A stretch of 64,000 nt of DNA from Mobula hypostoma (Eukaryota). Below the pieces are notes generated by a model. The model was given only the letters and a program-made list of their open reading frames with translations. It searched no databases and was not told the origin of the DNA. Where the stretch lies: positions 8,494,001-8,558,000 of the forward strand of contig NC_086097.1 of the NCBI RefSeq assembly GCF_963921235.1. Direction: 5' to 3'. How positions within the stretch are numbered: position 1 is the stretch's first letter; each line of letters starts with the position of its first letter. Position numbers and translations under genes: made by a program. This document shows positions 1 through 13,070 of the stretch, piece by piece.

Positions 1-124
1 AAGTTTATAAGAGATGTGTGGTGAAAGTTTTATTTAAACATAAAGTGGTGTGTACTAGGGTGAGTGGTGGAAGCAGTAATTTTTCAGAGGCTTTTAGACA
101 TACATATGAATTGCAGGTATTCAG

Positions 125-420
125 GGAGTGACATGGTAGTCTTGCAGTTAGCATAGCCTGTTTACAGTGTACAGCACCAGGCCTAAGAAAAGGGTCTAAT
201 TCCCACTACTGTCTGTAACAAACTTATGTGTTCTCCCTGTGATCGCGCGTTTTCCTCCGGGTCGTCCACTTTTCCTCCACATTCTAAAGACACACTGTTA
301 TGGTTAGTGAGTTGTGGGTGGTTATGCTATGCTGGTACCAGAAATGTGTCAACACTTGCAGGCTGCCCAGCACAATCCTTGCTGATTTGTATTTGATGTA
401 AATACATTTCACAATGTTTC
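125..420 (+). mobile_element. tRNA-derived V-SINE-like element, decayed
   Basis: Degenerate A/B-box head followed by V-domain-like tgtgttctccctgtgatcgcgcgttttcctccgggtcgtccacttttcctccacattctaaagac. Related copies near 3500-3780(-), 13845-14030, 15015-15290, 46035-46310, 52080-52375(-), 56590-56865(-), 61990-62260(-). Confidence 0.65.
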
Positions 421-930
421 CATAAGACCATAAGACATAGGAGCAGAATTAGGCTAACTGACCCATCGATTCTGCTCCGCGATTCAATCATGGCTGATCT
501 CTTTTTTCCTCCTCCTCAACCCCAGTTCCCAGCCTTCTCCTTGTAACCTTTGATGCCATGTCCAATCAAGAACCTATCAATCTCTGCCTTAAATGCACCC
601 AACGACCTGGCCTCCACAGCTGCATGTGGCAACAAATTTCACAAATTAACTACCCTTTGGCTAAAGAAATTACTCAACATCTCTGTTTTGAAAGCGCATC
701 CCTCTATCCTGAAGCTGTGCCCTCTTGTCCTAAACTCAGCCACCATGGGAAACATTCTTTCCACATCTACTCTGTCTCGGCCTTTCAACGTTCAAAAGGT
801 TTCAATGAGATCGCCCCTCATCCTTCTGAATTCCAGTGAGTTCAGACCCAGACCCATCAAATGTTCCTTGTATTATAACCCTTTCATTTCTGGCATCATT
901 CTTGTGAACCTCCTCTGGACCCTCACCAGG
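421..930 (-). mobile_element. CR1 LINE 3' fragment
   Basis: Octamer tail cataagac x2 at 421; minus strand resembles the CR1 ORF2 C-terminus (FFSQRVVNLWNLLP). Confidence 0.85.
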
Positions 931-1310
931 CCATAAGATATAAGAGAAGAATTAACCCATAAGATATAGGAGAAGAATTAACCCATAAGATATAGGAGAA
1001 GAATTTGTCCACTTTGGCCCATCGTGTCTGCTCCACTCATGGTTGATCCATATTCCCTCTGAGCACCAATCTGCTTCCTTCTTCCCATAACCCTTCATGC
1101 CCTGACCATTCAAAAATCTGCCAACCTCTGCCTTCAATATACCCAACGATTTAGCCCCCACAGCCACCTGTGGCAAACGAATTCCACAGATTCACCACTC
1201 TCTGGCTAAAGAAATTCCTCCTCATTTCAATTGGAAAGATCCTCCCCACATCCACTGTATCTAGGCCTTTCACCATTCGATAGGTGTTAATGAGATCATC
1301 CCACATTCTT
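931..1310 (-). mobile_element. CR1 LINE 3' fragment with triplicated 26-bp terminus
   Basis: ccataagatataggagaagaattaac about x3 at 931-1005; VVNLWNSLPQVAV-like C-terminus. Confidence 0.8.
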
Positions 1311-1658
1311 CTCTCGACGTACCTGTGAGAAATAAAGCTAATCTTTGATATGGGTCCTGTACAGGCAGAAGAGATATAGTTTAAGTCGTCAATGTGTTAG
1401 TGCAGACATTGTGGGCCGAAGGGTGTGTTCCTGTGTTGCACTCTTCTATGTTCTGTGTGTGTGGTACATAATACTTATCTCTCCACAAGCACTGCCTGGC
1501 CTGCTGAGGATTGTCCATTATTATTGTTTTGATTCCAATGGGTAAAAGGAACCTCTTCTAACATGTACAATAGTTTTTCAAAGTTCAAAGTAAATTTATT
1601 ATCAAAGTACATAGGTCACCATGTATAACCCTGAGATTCCATTTCTTGTTGGCACCCT

Positions 1659-2946
1659 TAGAAACATAGAAACATAGAAAACCTACGGCCCTTCAGCCCA
1701 CAAAGCTGTGCTGAACATGTCCTTACCTTAAAACTACCTAGGGTTACCCATAGCCCCCTATTTTTCTAAGCTCCATGTACCTATCCAGGAGTCTCTTAAA
1801 AGACCCTATTGTTTCTGCCTCCAACACTGTTGCTGGCAGCCCATTCCACGTACTCACCACCCTCTGCGTAAAAAACTTACCCCTGACATCTCCTCTATAC
1901 CTACTTTCAAGCAACTTAAAAGTATGCCCTCTTGTGCTAGCCATTTCAGCCCTGGGGAAAAGCCTCTGACTATCCACACGATCAATGCCTCTCATCATCT
2001 TATACACCTCTATCAGCTCACCTTTCATCCTCTGTCGCTCCAAGGAGAAAAGGCCGAGTTCACTCAACCTATTCTCATAAGGCATGCTCCCCAATCCATG
2101 CAACATCCTCGTAAATCTCCTCTGCATCCTTTCTATGGTTTCCACATCCTTCCTATAGTGAGGCAACCAGAAATGAGTACAGTACTCCAAGTGGGGTCTG
2201 ACCAGGGTCTTATATAGCTGCAACGTTACCTCCTGGCTCTTAAACTCAATACCACGGTTGATGAAGGCCAATGCACCGTATGCCTTCTTAACCACAGAGT
2301 CAACCTATGTAGCAGCTTTGAGTGTCATATGAACTTGGACCCCAAGATCCTTCTGATCCTCCACACTGCCAGGAGTCTTACCATTAATGCTATATTCTGC
2401 CATCATATTTGACCTACCAAAATGAACCACCTCACACTTATCTGGGTTGAACCCCATCTGCCACTTCTCAGCCCAGTTTTGCATCCTATCAATGTCCCGC
2501 TGTAACCTTTGACGGCCCTCCGCACTATCCACAACACCTCAACCTTTGTGTCATCAGCAAATTTACTAACCCATCCCTCCACTTCCTTATCCAGGTCATT
2601 TATAAAAATCATGGAGTAGGGGTCAAAGAACAGATCCCTGAAGCACGCCACTGGTCACCAACCTCCATGCAGATTATGACCCGTCTACAACCACTCTTTG
2701 CCTTCTGTGGACAAGCCAGTTCTGGATCCACAAAGGAACGTCCCCTTCGATCCCATGCCTCCTTACTTTCTCAATAAGCCTTGCATGGGGTACCTTATCA
2801 AATGCCTTGCTGAAATCCATATACACTACATCTACTGCTCTTCCTTCATCAGTGTGTTTAGTCACATCCTCATAAAATTCAATCAGGATCATAAGGCACG
2901 ACCTGCCTTTGACAAAGCCATGCTGACTATTCTTTATCATATTATG
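1659..2946 (-). mobile_element. CR1 LINE, 5'-truncated, frameshifted RT
   Basis: tagaaaca tail; ORFs 2674-3018, 2403-2651, 2305-2532 and 1744-2295 contain SQHGF, DFSKAFDKV, FADD and LYKTLVRPHLEY. Confidence 0.95.
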
Positions 2947-4144
2947 CCTTAGTAGTAGAATAAAAGAAATACTCCACCCAACAGGACAGAGAACAACAGA
3001 TGTGCAAAAAAAAAACACGAACTGCTCAAATAAAAAAGAAAGAGAGAAAAATAAGCAATAAATATTGAGAATATGAGATGAAGAGTCACTGAAAGTGAAT
3101 CTACAGGCTGTGGGAACAATTCAGTGATGGGATGAGTGATGTTGAGTGAAGTTATCCACTTTGGTTCAAGAGCCTGATGGTTCAGTGGTAAGAATTAGAA
3201 ACATAGAAACATAGAAAATCTTCGGCCTGTTTCTGAACCTGTCGGTGTGTGTCATGAGGTTCCTGCAGTAGTGGAAAGAGAGCATAGCCTGGGTGGTAGG
3301 GGTCTCTGATGATGGAGGCTGCTTTCCAGTGACAGTGCTCCATATAGATGTGCTCAATGGTAAGGGGAACTTTGAGGATGGATTCTCACAATTTGCCTCT
3401 GAATCCCTAACATGGAATTGAACAATCATCTGGCTCTCACTCCTGCTTGACATTGCAGGAAATAGATGGTAAGGATGGGCTTTTATTTTATTTTATTTTA
3501 TTTAGAGATACAGCACACAGAACAGGCCCTTCCAGCCCACTGAGCTGCACCACCCAGCAACTCACTGGTTCAGTCCTAGCCTAACCACAAACAATGAACA
3601 ACTAAACTACCAACCGGTACATCTTTAGACTGTTAGAGGAAACCAGAGCAGTTGGAGGAAACACATGCGGTCACAGATAGAACATACAAATTCCTTACAT
3701 ACAGCACCAGAAATGAACTCCAAACTCTGACGCCCTGAGCTGTAATAACTTCTTGCTAGCCGCTCCGCTACTGTGGAGCTCTAGGTTTAGACATGACATA
3801 CATTTGATAAGGCAGGTAATGAGTGTTTTAACAGAGAGACAACATCTTTACGACAAGAGAAAGAGGCACCTGAGGCTGGTTTGAGAGGTAGACATTGGAA
3901 ATTGTTTTGTGATCATGACATCTAGGTGCTGTTTGGGGATGGAGGGTTAGGAGAAAACAGAGAATAATGTGGATGGTGTTGTTAGACAGTTACAGCAGAT
4001 AATCAGGGTATTGGGACACATTGGTCTTTGAGCTTGTGTCTATTGCCCTCAGCCGAAGGGAAATCATTGGTGTTGTCTTGATTTTCTCAGTGTCCAAAGC
4101 CTTCCCAGTGCCTCTGGATCTTCAGTGCATCAAAACCAGATTGA

Positions 4145-4292
4145 AACAAGGGAGAACTCCTTTACACATGAAATTCTGCAGATGCTGGAAATTCAGAGTA
4201 ACACGTACAAAATACTGGAGGAACTCAGCAGATCGGGTAGCACCTATGGAAAGGACTAGGCAGATGACATTTCAGGCTGAGACCCTTCACTC
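4145..4292 (-). mobile_element. Penelope pseudo-LTR fragment with degenerate hammerhead
   Basis: ttctgcagatgctggaaattc...atttcaggctgagacccttca matches the 17500-17650 repeat. Confidence 0.7.
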
Positions 4293-5520
4293 GGTTTCAA
4301 ATGCCACTGAGATGGTCAGAGAGTGAGAAATCCAGAACTTTCTAACTAGTTTCTTAGTAATTTCATCCAGATGTGCAGGTTTATCAGTCATTTAGTACAT
4401 CTTTGTACTTAGCGTCTGTTGAAAACAAAAGCAAATGGATATCTGAAAACACACATATAAAAGAGATTCCATGCCAGATACAAAGAAGCATTGCAGAGCT
4501 GTCCTGCCATTTTATAGTCTACTTACTAGTGATGAGAAATTGATGCAATTTATTGGTAATTCTGCATTGTCAAATGGGTAGTTTTGAAAAGTGAATTATG
4601 AGTTACTTGAAGCCTTGTCGTCAATCCACTCCAATCTTTGAATGTGGCTGTTCACTCAATCATTGAAGCTCGTGAACCTTGGATGAACTTCATCCTTCAT
4701 AGCATGGTGTTCATTAGGGAAACCTGAAAATATTCACGACTAAGCTGCCCTTCTGTTCTTCTTATGTGGAGCCGTGCCTGTAACAGTTTTGAGTTAACCT
4801 GTGCTTCAGGCAAATAATAGAAATGGAAAGTTACCTCAACAGTGAAATATTACCATTGATCTTCTGGATCTCAGTCTTATTTTTCACCCTATAATCAAAA
4901 TATTTGTGGTTATGTGAAGGATTAGGCTGAACTGAAGCACAGAATTTCTCAGTCTCGAGCCATCTCAGAGGCATTACAGATTTGTAGCATCCAGCAGTAG
5001 ATGCACGTGAATGTCTGCAGAAGCAAAGTTCAAAGTGCACTGTCCGGAGATATACTGACTGGTAGGTTAATTGGGCATTGGAGATTGTCCTGATTAAATT
5101 GGAGGATTGCGGGGTGGTGTGCTTGAAAGGGTCGAAAGGCCACAAGGGCCCATTCTGTGCTGTATCTCGATAAACAGATAAATGTATTATTTATTGAGAT
5201 AGAACACAGATTAGGTCCTTCTGGCCCTTTGAGCCATGCTGCCCAGCAACCCCTAACTTAACCCTCACTATAGATAATGACCGATTAGCCTACTAACTAC
5301 TCTGGACTGTGGGAGCAAACACATGCGATCACAAGGAGAATGTACAGACTCCTTACGGATGACAAATGAACTGAACTTTGAACTCTGACACCCCGAGCTG
5401 CAATAGGGTCGCAATAACTGCTCTGATACTGCGCAGCCCACTTATTATGAAAAGTATGTATACCAAATACAACCTTGAGATTCATCTTCTGGAAGGCAGC
5501 CACAAAACAAAGAAACATAA

Positions 5521-8500
5521 TAGAATGTTTCAGAAAGGACAGGGAGGGAGGCAAAAGAGGTGGGGGCGTGGCACCGTTGATCAGAGATAGTGTCATGTCT
5601 GCAGAAAAGGTGGACGCCATGGAGGGATTGTCTACGGAGTCTCTGTGGTTGGAGGTTAGGACCAGGAAGGGCTTAATAACTTTACTGGGTGTTTTTTATA
5701 GGCTGTCCAATAGTAACAGGGATATCGAGGAGCAGACAGGGAAACAGATCCTGGAAAGGTGTAATAATAAGTGCGACGTCAGCGCGCGGCCACTTTGGTG
5801 GTGAATATCTGTTATCTGTCAAGTAGGGGACCGTGCACAGTTCTGATTTGATGGAGACGGATGTGAGAGTATGGAGGAACATCTGGAAAACTTCTGAAAT
5901 GCCTGCTTCGCTGCCGCTGCTACTGTGTGGTAACCGGAATCTCCGGAGCAGAAGGCCCCAAAATCCTCGGCTTTGCATGTTTCAGCGGCCGGGGTGAGGT
6001 CGAAGGCACTCGGCAGAGGATGGCGCTCGGGAAGCTGTATCGGAGAGGCTGGTCGGAAGCTCGAAGTTTTCAGACGGATGGACTCAGTGTCGGCTGAGGG
6101 CAGCTGCTTCCGAGGTATCGGCAAGTTGACGGTGCCTGGAGGTTAATAGCAGGGAGTTTCTCCCTTTTGCCGCCTGTTATTGGGGACTCAGGAGTCAATC
6201 AACTCGGGACTTTGAGACTGTTTTTTACTGTGCCCATGGTCTGTTCTTTATCAAATTATGGTATTGCTTTGCACTGCTGTAACTATATGTTATAATTATG
6301 TGGTTCTGTCAGTGTTAGTCTTTGGTCTGTCCTGTTTTCTGTGATATCTCTCTGGAGAAACATTGTATCATTTCTTAATGCATGTATGCATTTCTAAATG
6401 ACAATAAAAGAGGACTGTGTGTTCTCATAATCTAATCTAAAAATATAACAGAGTTGTCGTGATGTGAGATTTTAATTTCCCAAATATCGATTGGCAACTC
6501 CCTAGAGCAAAGGGTTTACATGCGGTGAAGTTTGTTAGGTGTGTTCAAGAAGGTTTCTTGACACATTATGTAGATCTGCCTACAAGAGGAGAGGCTGTAC
6601 TTGATTTGGTATTGGAAAATGAACCTGGCCAGGTGTCAGAGATTTCAGTAGGAGAGCATTTTGGAGATAGTGGTCATAATTCTATCCCCTTTACAATAGC
6701 ATTGGAGAGAGATAGGAACAGACCAGTAAGAAAAACGTTTAATTGGAGTAAGGGGAATTATGAGGCTATCAGGTGGGAGATTGGAAGCTTAAATTGGAAA
6801 CAGATGTTCTCAGGGAAAAGTATGGAAGAAATGTGGCAATTGTTCAGGGAGGAATAAGGGGATATTTGTGTGGAGTTCTGCATAGGTACGTTCCACTGAG
6901 ACAGGGAAGTTATGGTAGGGTACAGGAACCGTGGTGTACAAAGGCTGTAATAAATCTAGTCAAGAAGAAAAGAAAAGCTTACAAAAGGTTCAGAGAACTA
7001 GGTAATGTTCGAGATCTAGAAGATTATAAGGCTAATAGGAAGGAGCTTAAGAAGGAAATTAGGAAAGCCAGAAGGGGCCATGAGAAGGCCTTGGCGGACA
7101 GGATTAAGGAAAACCCCAAGGCATTCTACAAGTATGTGAAGAGCAAGAGGATAAGACGTGAAAGAATAGAACCTATCAAGTGTGACAGTGGGAAAGTATG
7201 TATGGAACCAAAGGAAATAGCAAAGGTACTTAATGAATACTTTACTTCAGTATTCACTATGGAAAAGGATCTTGGTGATTGTAGTGATGACTTGCAGCAG
7301 ACTGAAAAGCTTGAGCATGTAGATATTAAGAAAGAGGAAGTGCTGGAGCTTTTGGAAAGCATCAAGTTGGATAAGTCACTGGGACTGGATAAAATGTACC
7401 CCAGTCTACTGTGGGAGGTGAGGGAGGAGATTGCTATGCCTCTGGCGATGATCTTTGCTTCATCAATGGGGACGGGAGAGGTTCGGGAGGATTGGAGGGT
7501 TACGGATATTGTTCCTTTATTCAAGAAAGGGAGTAGAGATAGCCCAGGAAATTATAGAACAGTGAGTCTTACCTCAGTGGTTGGCAAGTTGATGGAGGAA
7601 ATCCTGAGAGGCAGGATTTATGAACATTTGAAGAGGTATAATATGATTAGGAGTAGTCAGTATGGCTTTGTCAAGGGCAGGTCGTGCCTTACGAGCCTGA
7701 TTGAATTTTTTGAGGATGTGACTAAACACACTGATGAAGGAAGAGCAGTAAATGTAGTGTTCATGGATTTCAGCAAGGCATTTGATAAGGTACCCCACAT
7801 AAGGCTTATTGAGAAAGTAGGGAGGCATAGGATCCAAGGGTATATTGCTTTGTGGATTACTTTTCATGATTTTTATAAATGACCTGGATGAGGAAGTGGA
7901 GGGATGGGTTAGTAAGTTTTGTTGATGACACAAAGGTTGGAGGTGTTGTGGATAGTGTGGAGGGCTGTCAGAGGTTACAGCGGGACACAGATAGCATACA
8001 AAACTGGGCTGAGAAGTGGCAGATGGAGTTCATCCCAGATAAGTGTGAAGTGGTTCATTTTGGTAGGTCAAATATGATTTCAGAATATAGTATTAATAGT
8101 AAAACTCTTGACAGTGTGCAGGATCAAAGGGATCTTGGGGTCTGAGTCCATAGGATGCTCAAAGCAGCTGTGCAGGTTGACTCTGTTGCAGCTATATAGG
8201 ACCCTGGTCAGACCCCACTTGGAGTACTGTGCTCAGTTCTGGTCACCTCACTACAGGAAGGATGCGGAAACCATAGAAAGGGTGCAGAGGAGATTTAGAA
8301 GGATGTTGCCTGGATTGGGGAGCATGCCTTATGAGAATAGGTTGAGTGAACTAGGCTTTTTCTCATTGGAGCGACGGAGGATGAGAGGTGATCTGTTAGA
8401 GGTGTATAAGATGATGAGAGGCATTGATTGTGTGGATAGTCAGAGGCTTTTCCCCAGGGCTGAAATGGCTAGCACGAAAGCATACTTTTAAATTGCTTGG

Positions 8501-8755
8501 AAGTAGGTACAGAGGAGATGTCAGGGGTAATTTTTTTGTTCAGAGATTGGTGAGTGCTTGGAATGGGCTGCCGGCAGTGGTGGTGGAGGCGGAAATGATA
8601 AGGTCTTTTAAAAGACTCCTGGATAGGTACATGGAGCTTAGAAAAATAGAGGGCTATAGGTAAGCCTAGTAATTTCTAAGGTAGGGACATGTTCAGCACA
8701 GCTTTGTGGGCCAAAGAGCCTGTAATGTGCTGTAGGTTTTCTATTTTTCTATGTT
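5521..8755 (+). mobile_element. CR1 LINE (APE+RT), decayed, with internal deletions and an insertion
   Basis: FRKDREGGKRGGGVA (APE), PTRGEAVLDLVL, PGNYRTVSLTS, DFSKAFDKV, FVDD; ttttctat tail at about 8737-8755. Confidence 0.95.
5771..6440 (+). mobile_element. Non-autonomous retroposon inserted in the CR1 APE region
   Basis: Interrupts CR1 between ILERCNN and RVVVM; AATAAA plus (aatct)n tail; homologous to 44970-45603(-) and 49960-50035(-). Confidence 0.8.
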
Positions 8756-9713
8756 AATCCACTAAAATTCTCCACACAAGACAGTAAAACATCCAATGTG
8801 AAAATAAGAAACAAAAAAATCATACAGACAATTAAAAAAATAGACAGAACATGAACTGCAGAGTCTCCAAAATTGAGTCCACAGCCATGTAGCCAGTTCA
8901 ATGCTGCAGCCAGTCCAGGAGACTGATGGCTACAGGCCTCAGCCATGGAGCCAGTTTAACGTTGAGGTGAGTGTCAATACCTGAAGGTCACAGCTACAGA
9001 CTCAGTTCAGTGCTGAGGCAAGTAAAGCTTCACAGAGCGCTAAGCTGATCTCCAGTTCGTCCTTTACCCTCGGCCTTGAAACCTTGATCTTTTTAATCTG
9101 GCTCGGTGCTTAAATCGGCCAAACATTGGTTAATTTTTCTCCCTCGATGGTCGGCCTCGCTGCTTCAATCCAAGTTAGAAAATAATCATGTTTATAAAAG
9201 ATTAAGAGGAGGGTTTGAAAGGGAAGAATGGAAAGAGAGAAACAAAGTGAAGGAAAACAAGCCACTGGCTTGGGGCCTCACAGTAAATTGGCCAAATTTC
9301 TTTTAAATCAGTGAAATATTTGATGCAGTGACAGATGTCATCATCAAACATAATTTGAAGGAATGTGGATTGTACTGAAACATACTGACGGCACGCCAAT
9401 GTTTTAGTTAATATTAAAGAAGTCTGCAAGAGGATCATCTTATTCCCCGGTTACATTGCCTAGTAAATAGGAAAGCAACCCTGAAGAGATTTGACTGATG
9501 TCAGGAATCAAATCTACATAGAAGATGGTTGTTTGATATTAACTGTGTTCAAATGTGCTGTTAAAATTGCCTTTTAGGCTGAAACCAATAAAAACATGTC
9601 TGAATTGATCCAGCCAGCCATAATTTAAAAAGATACGCTCATCATCCTTTTTTTTTTCTTTTGAACATTCCCTCATAATTGAGTTGATTAACCACATGCT
9701 GATGAAATCTTTG

Positions 9714-10001
9714 GTGTTGACGCGTGGCCAAGTGGTTAAGACGTTCGTCTGGTGATCTGAAGGTCGTTAGTTTGAGCCTTGGCTGAGGCAACGTGTTGTG
9801 TCCTTGAGCAAGGCACTTAACCACATATTGCTTTGCAATGACACCGGTGCCCTCCTCTTGGACAACATGGGTGGCGTGGAGAGGAGAGTCTTGCAGCATG
9901 GGCATCTGCCGGTCTTCCATTCAACCTTGCCCAGGCCTGCGTCCCGGAAACCTTCTAAGGCGCAAATCCATGGTCTCATGAGACTAATGGATGCCTAAGA
10001 A
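9714..10001 (+). mobile_element. tRNA-derived SINE with CORE-like segment, 13-bp TSD
   Basis: A box tggccaagtgg; degenerate B box agtttgagcc; CORE-like gtgtccttgagcaaggcacttaacc; exact TSD gatgaaatctttg at 9701-9713 and 10002-10014. Confidence 0.9.
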
Positions 10002-10177
10002 GATGAAATCTTTGACCATTGCATTTCTGTGGATGGTGTTTCATGAAGTGTTCTGATGTTCATCTGTTGCCAAATATGTATATTGTACCATGAATTGCAG
10101 AAACTTCTTTTGCTACAAATAGTCATTTACTTTTTCCTAAGAAACTCATATTCTTATGAGGGTTATAGATAGGGCAA

Positions 10178-10754
10178 TTAAGGCTGTTCTGGCTGAGGGT
10201 GGTAGTGGGGCTGAGCTCCCACTACCTATTAAATGCTCCCAGTAACATGTACCTCAAATAGCCTCTAACAACCAAGTCCAGTTCCTGGCCTTCATGTGTA
10301 GCTTAGCTACTAAGCCTGTCGGAACCATTTCTACTGACAGGAAAAGGGGATAAGATGGGTTACTGGCCCCTTAAAACCAGTTGCTTTAGGCAAATAGGAC
10401 CTATCAGCCATTGTTGGCGGCTCATCTACAATAAAGAAGACTGTGAGTTCAAACCTCCACTGCCTTGCGGCTATTCCCACTCATGAGGAAGGTTTTGTGA
10501 GTAAATGGCAAGAGAAAAACTCAAAGCTGAAGTCCCAAAGTGGTTTTACACTGAGTTCAACGCTGACTGGCACCTCCTGCAATGCTGCTGCTGCCAAACT
10601 GTATTAGACTCTGCAGTTCCTTTGGGTTCGTGGAGAGGGGGAGCTTGCTACATGGGCAACAGCTTGCTCTCCATATTGTTCTGTCCAGGCTTATGTACTT
10701 AGACAGCTAGGACACAACAGACATGGTCGATCCTGACTGACAGAGGCTTCACTC
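10178..10754 (+). mobile_element. ~575-bp non-coding retroposon, 11-bp TSD
   Basis: TSD agatagggcaa at 10167-10177 and 10755-10765; inserted in a CR1 3' end; related copies at 25690-25990, 33620-33995, 55320-55875(-), 63040-63620. Confidence 0.85.
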
Positions 10755-11020
10755 AGATAGGGCAAACGCAAACAGGCTTTTTCCATTGAGGTTGGGTGAA
10801 GCTGGTACTAGAGGTCCTGGGTTAAGGGTGAAAGGTGAAATATTTAAGGGGAACATGAGGGGGATCTTCTTCACTCAGAGGGTGGTGAGAGTATGGAACA
10901 AGCTGCCAGCGGTAGTGGTGGATGCAGGTTTGATGGCCACAATTAAGAGAAATTTGGATAAGTGCATGGATGGGAGGGGTGCAGAGGGCTATGGTCTGGG
11001 TGCAATGCAATGGGAGTAGG
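10755..11020 (+). mobile_element. CR1 3' fragment, host of the 10178 insertion
   Basis: TRGPGLRVKGEIFKGNMRGIFFTQRVVRVWNKLP. Confidence 0.85.
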
Positions 11021-12604
11021 CAGTATAATAGTCTTTGTTTTAGTCTCTGGTGCCCTGGCTGAACTTGTGAGATAGAATCAATACACTTGCTTTGGTGTTG
11101 TAAGAAGAATTTGAGGTACATTGTGTGTGGTTAGAAATTGGCCATTCAGATGAACATTTTGAAGAAATAAAGATAAGAAGAGACAAAATGTTTATGCCAT
11201 TTCCCCAAGTCAATATCACACACTTTTCAGAAGCATTCAGCTTATGAGTCAGAATTCCTTCCATGTAAACACGATCCAAAGTTATTTTACTAGGCTGAGG
11301 TCAGTTATGCAAGTCTCCCATCATTTCCAGAGTAACAATCTTCTTTCTTTGACATTTTTCAAAGATAAAACTTCATGGAAATGACAAAGCATCTTTGAAA
11401 ATGTGACAACTGACAATTTATACAATCAGCCACAAAATCAAAGGCCAACACCATGCAAAGTGCTTAAAAGAAAAAATGTTCAGATTGAACAACTGCAGCA
11501 CTTCAAAGGAGAAGGGGACAATGGTCTTTTATGTTCTCATGATATTACTACAAACTAAGATAGACCCATTCCATGCCTGAAAACAAGCTGCTGCACTTAA
11601 AGAACCCTTCTCATAATTAAATCTTGAAGCAATATCACGTTCAAAGCTAAGAGGCCAGTTAGTCAAGAAAAAATACTCATAAGCTGATACGTTGTGATTT
11701 CAGAGACTCAGATTTTGATTCCTGCAACATTCACACTTTGAAAGGAAATGGAACACAAGCAGATTTCTTCCATTAATAAACCTCAGTTTTCATTGGACTA
11801 AAGCAAGTACATTCCTGTGGTATAAATATCATTTAATTATGTTCAACAATAACAAAGAGCCCATGGGTTTTTCATTTCTCGGTATGCTGAATTAGAGCAA
11901 GAATTTCTCGGTTTAAGTCGATGAAGAATCCCTCATTTTCCTCCCTCATTTCCTTTGCTTCTGCTTGCTCTGACTTTGATCAGGGTTGGTGCCAGGTTTT
12001 TCTCAAAGCAAGTCACAGAGGGCACAGGATCTGATGAATTGAATAGTTGCTCCTAAGTCTCCACTCGTGATGTGCGTTTAATTCCACAAAGCAAAGTTAC
12101 TTTGTGTGAAAATGGATTGCAGACCACATCAAAGGTTTTTAAACCCCGCAAGGATTATTTCAGGATTCCTATTACAGTTTCAGCAGAGTATCACTGGATC
12201 TCACGCAGAAAAACGGTGTAAGTATGCCTACTTATGCCATTTCCCAAAAGCAATACACTGGACTAACAACCGGAGACCAGGAGCATCAGTTCCCCAGACT
12301 GTGGATTTTAATGCCTTTATGTCACCAAATATAAATACTTGGAAGCCAAGTTGATAATAATTTTCAGCAAAGCAATAAAATAAAACAAGGCTAACCATAA
12401 ATCCAATAGGTTTACACCAACTTGTGATGACAGGCATTACTGAAGGCAAAACTGAAAGAAAGGAGTCTTTGCTCATGAAATGATGTTTACCATTGCTGTT
12501 GGTGAGCCTGAAAACACACACTCAGTGTTTTAAGAACAGCTACTTTCTTATGGTCTTCACCTCCACCGTGAGATTTCTGAATGGACAATTAACCCATGCA
12601 CATA

Positions 12605-13070
12605 CGAGGGGTGATTGATAAGTTTGTGGCCTAAGGTGGACGGTCAATTTTAGAAAACCTAGCATATTTATTTTTCAACATTGTCCCCTCCTACATTTAC
12701 ACGCTTAGTCCAGCGGTCGTGGAGCATACGGATCTTGGACCTCCAGAAAGTGTTCACAGATGGGTGATTGATAAGTTTGGGGCCTAAGATGGAAGGAGAT
12801 GAGTTATACAGCTCTCTTTACATGCTCATGCAGGTCAACTCTTTGAGTGATTATGCAGAAAGTTTGAAGTTGATAGCTCAACTCCTTCTACTTTCGGCCA
12901 TGAACTTATCAATCACCCCTGCTGTGGACACTTTCTGGAGGTCCAAGATCCGTATGCTCCACGACCGCTGGACTAAGTGTGTAAATGTAGGAGGGACTAT
13001 GTTGAAAAATAAATGTGCTAGGCTTTTGACGCCTTCTACCTTAGGCCACAAACTTATCAGTCACCTCTCA
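12605..13070. mobile_element. mariner-derived MITE
   Basis: TIR cgaggggtgattgataagtttgtggcctaaggt and its inverse at 13038-13070; TA on both sides; ~200-bp inverted arms encoding a mariner transposase C-terminus. Confidence 0.9.

Noticed and set aside
9714..9790. tRNA gene
   Set aside because: No clean cloverleaf; it continues into a SINE body and has a TSD.
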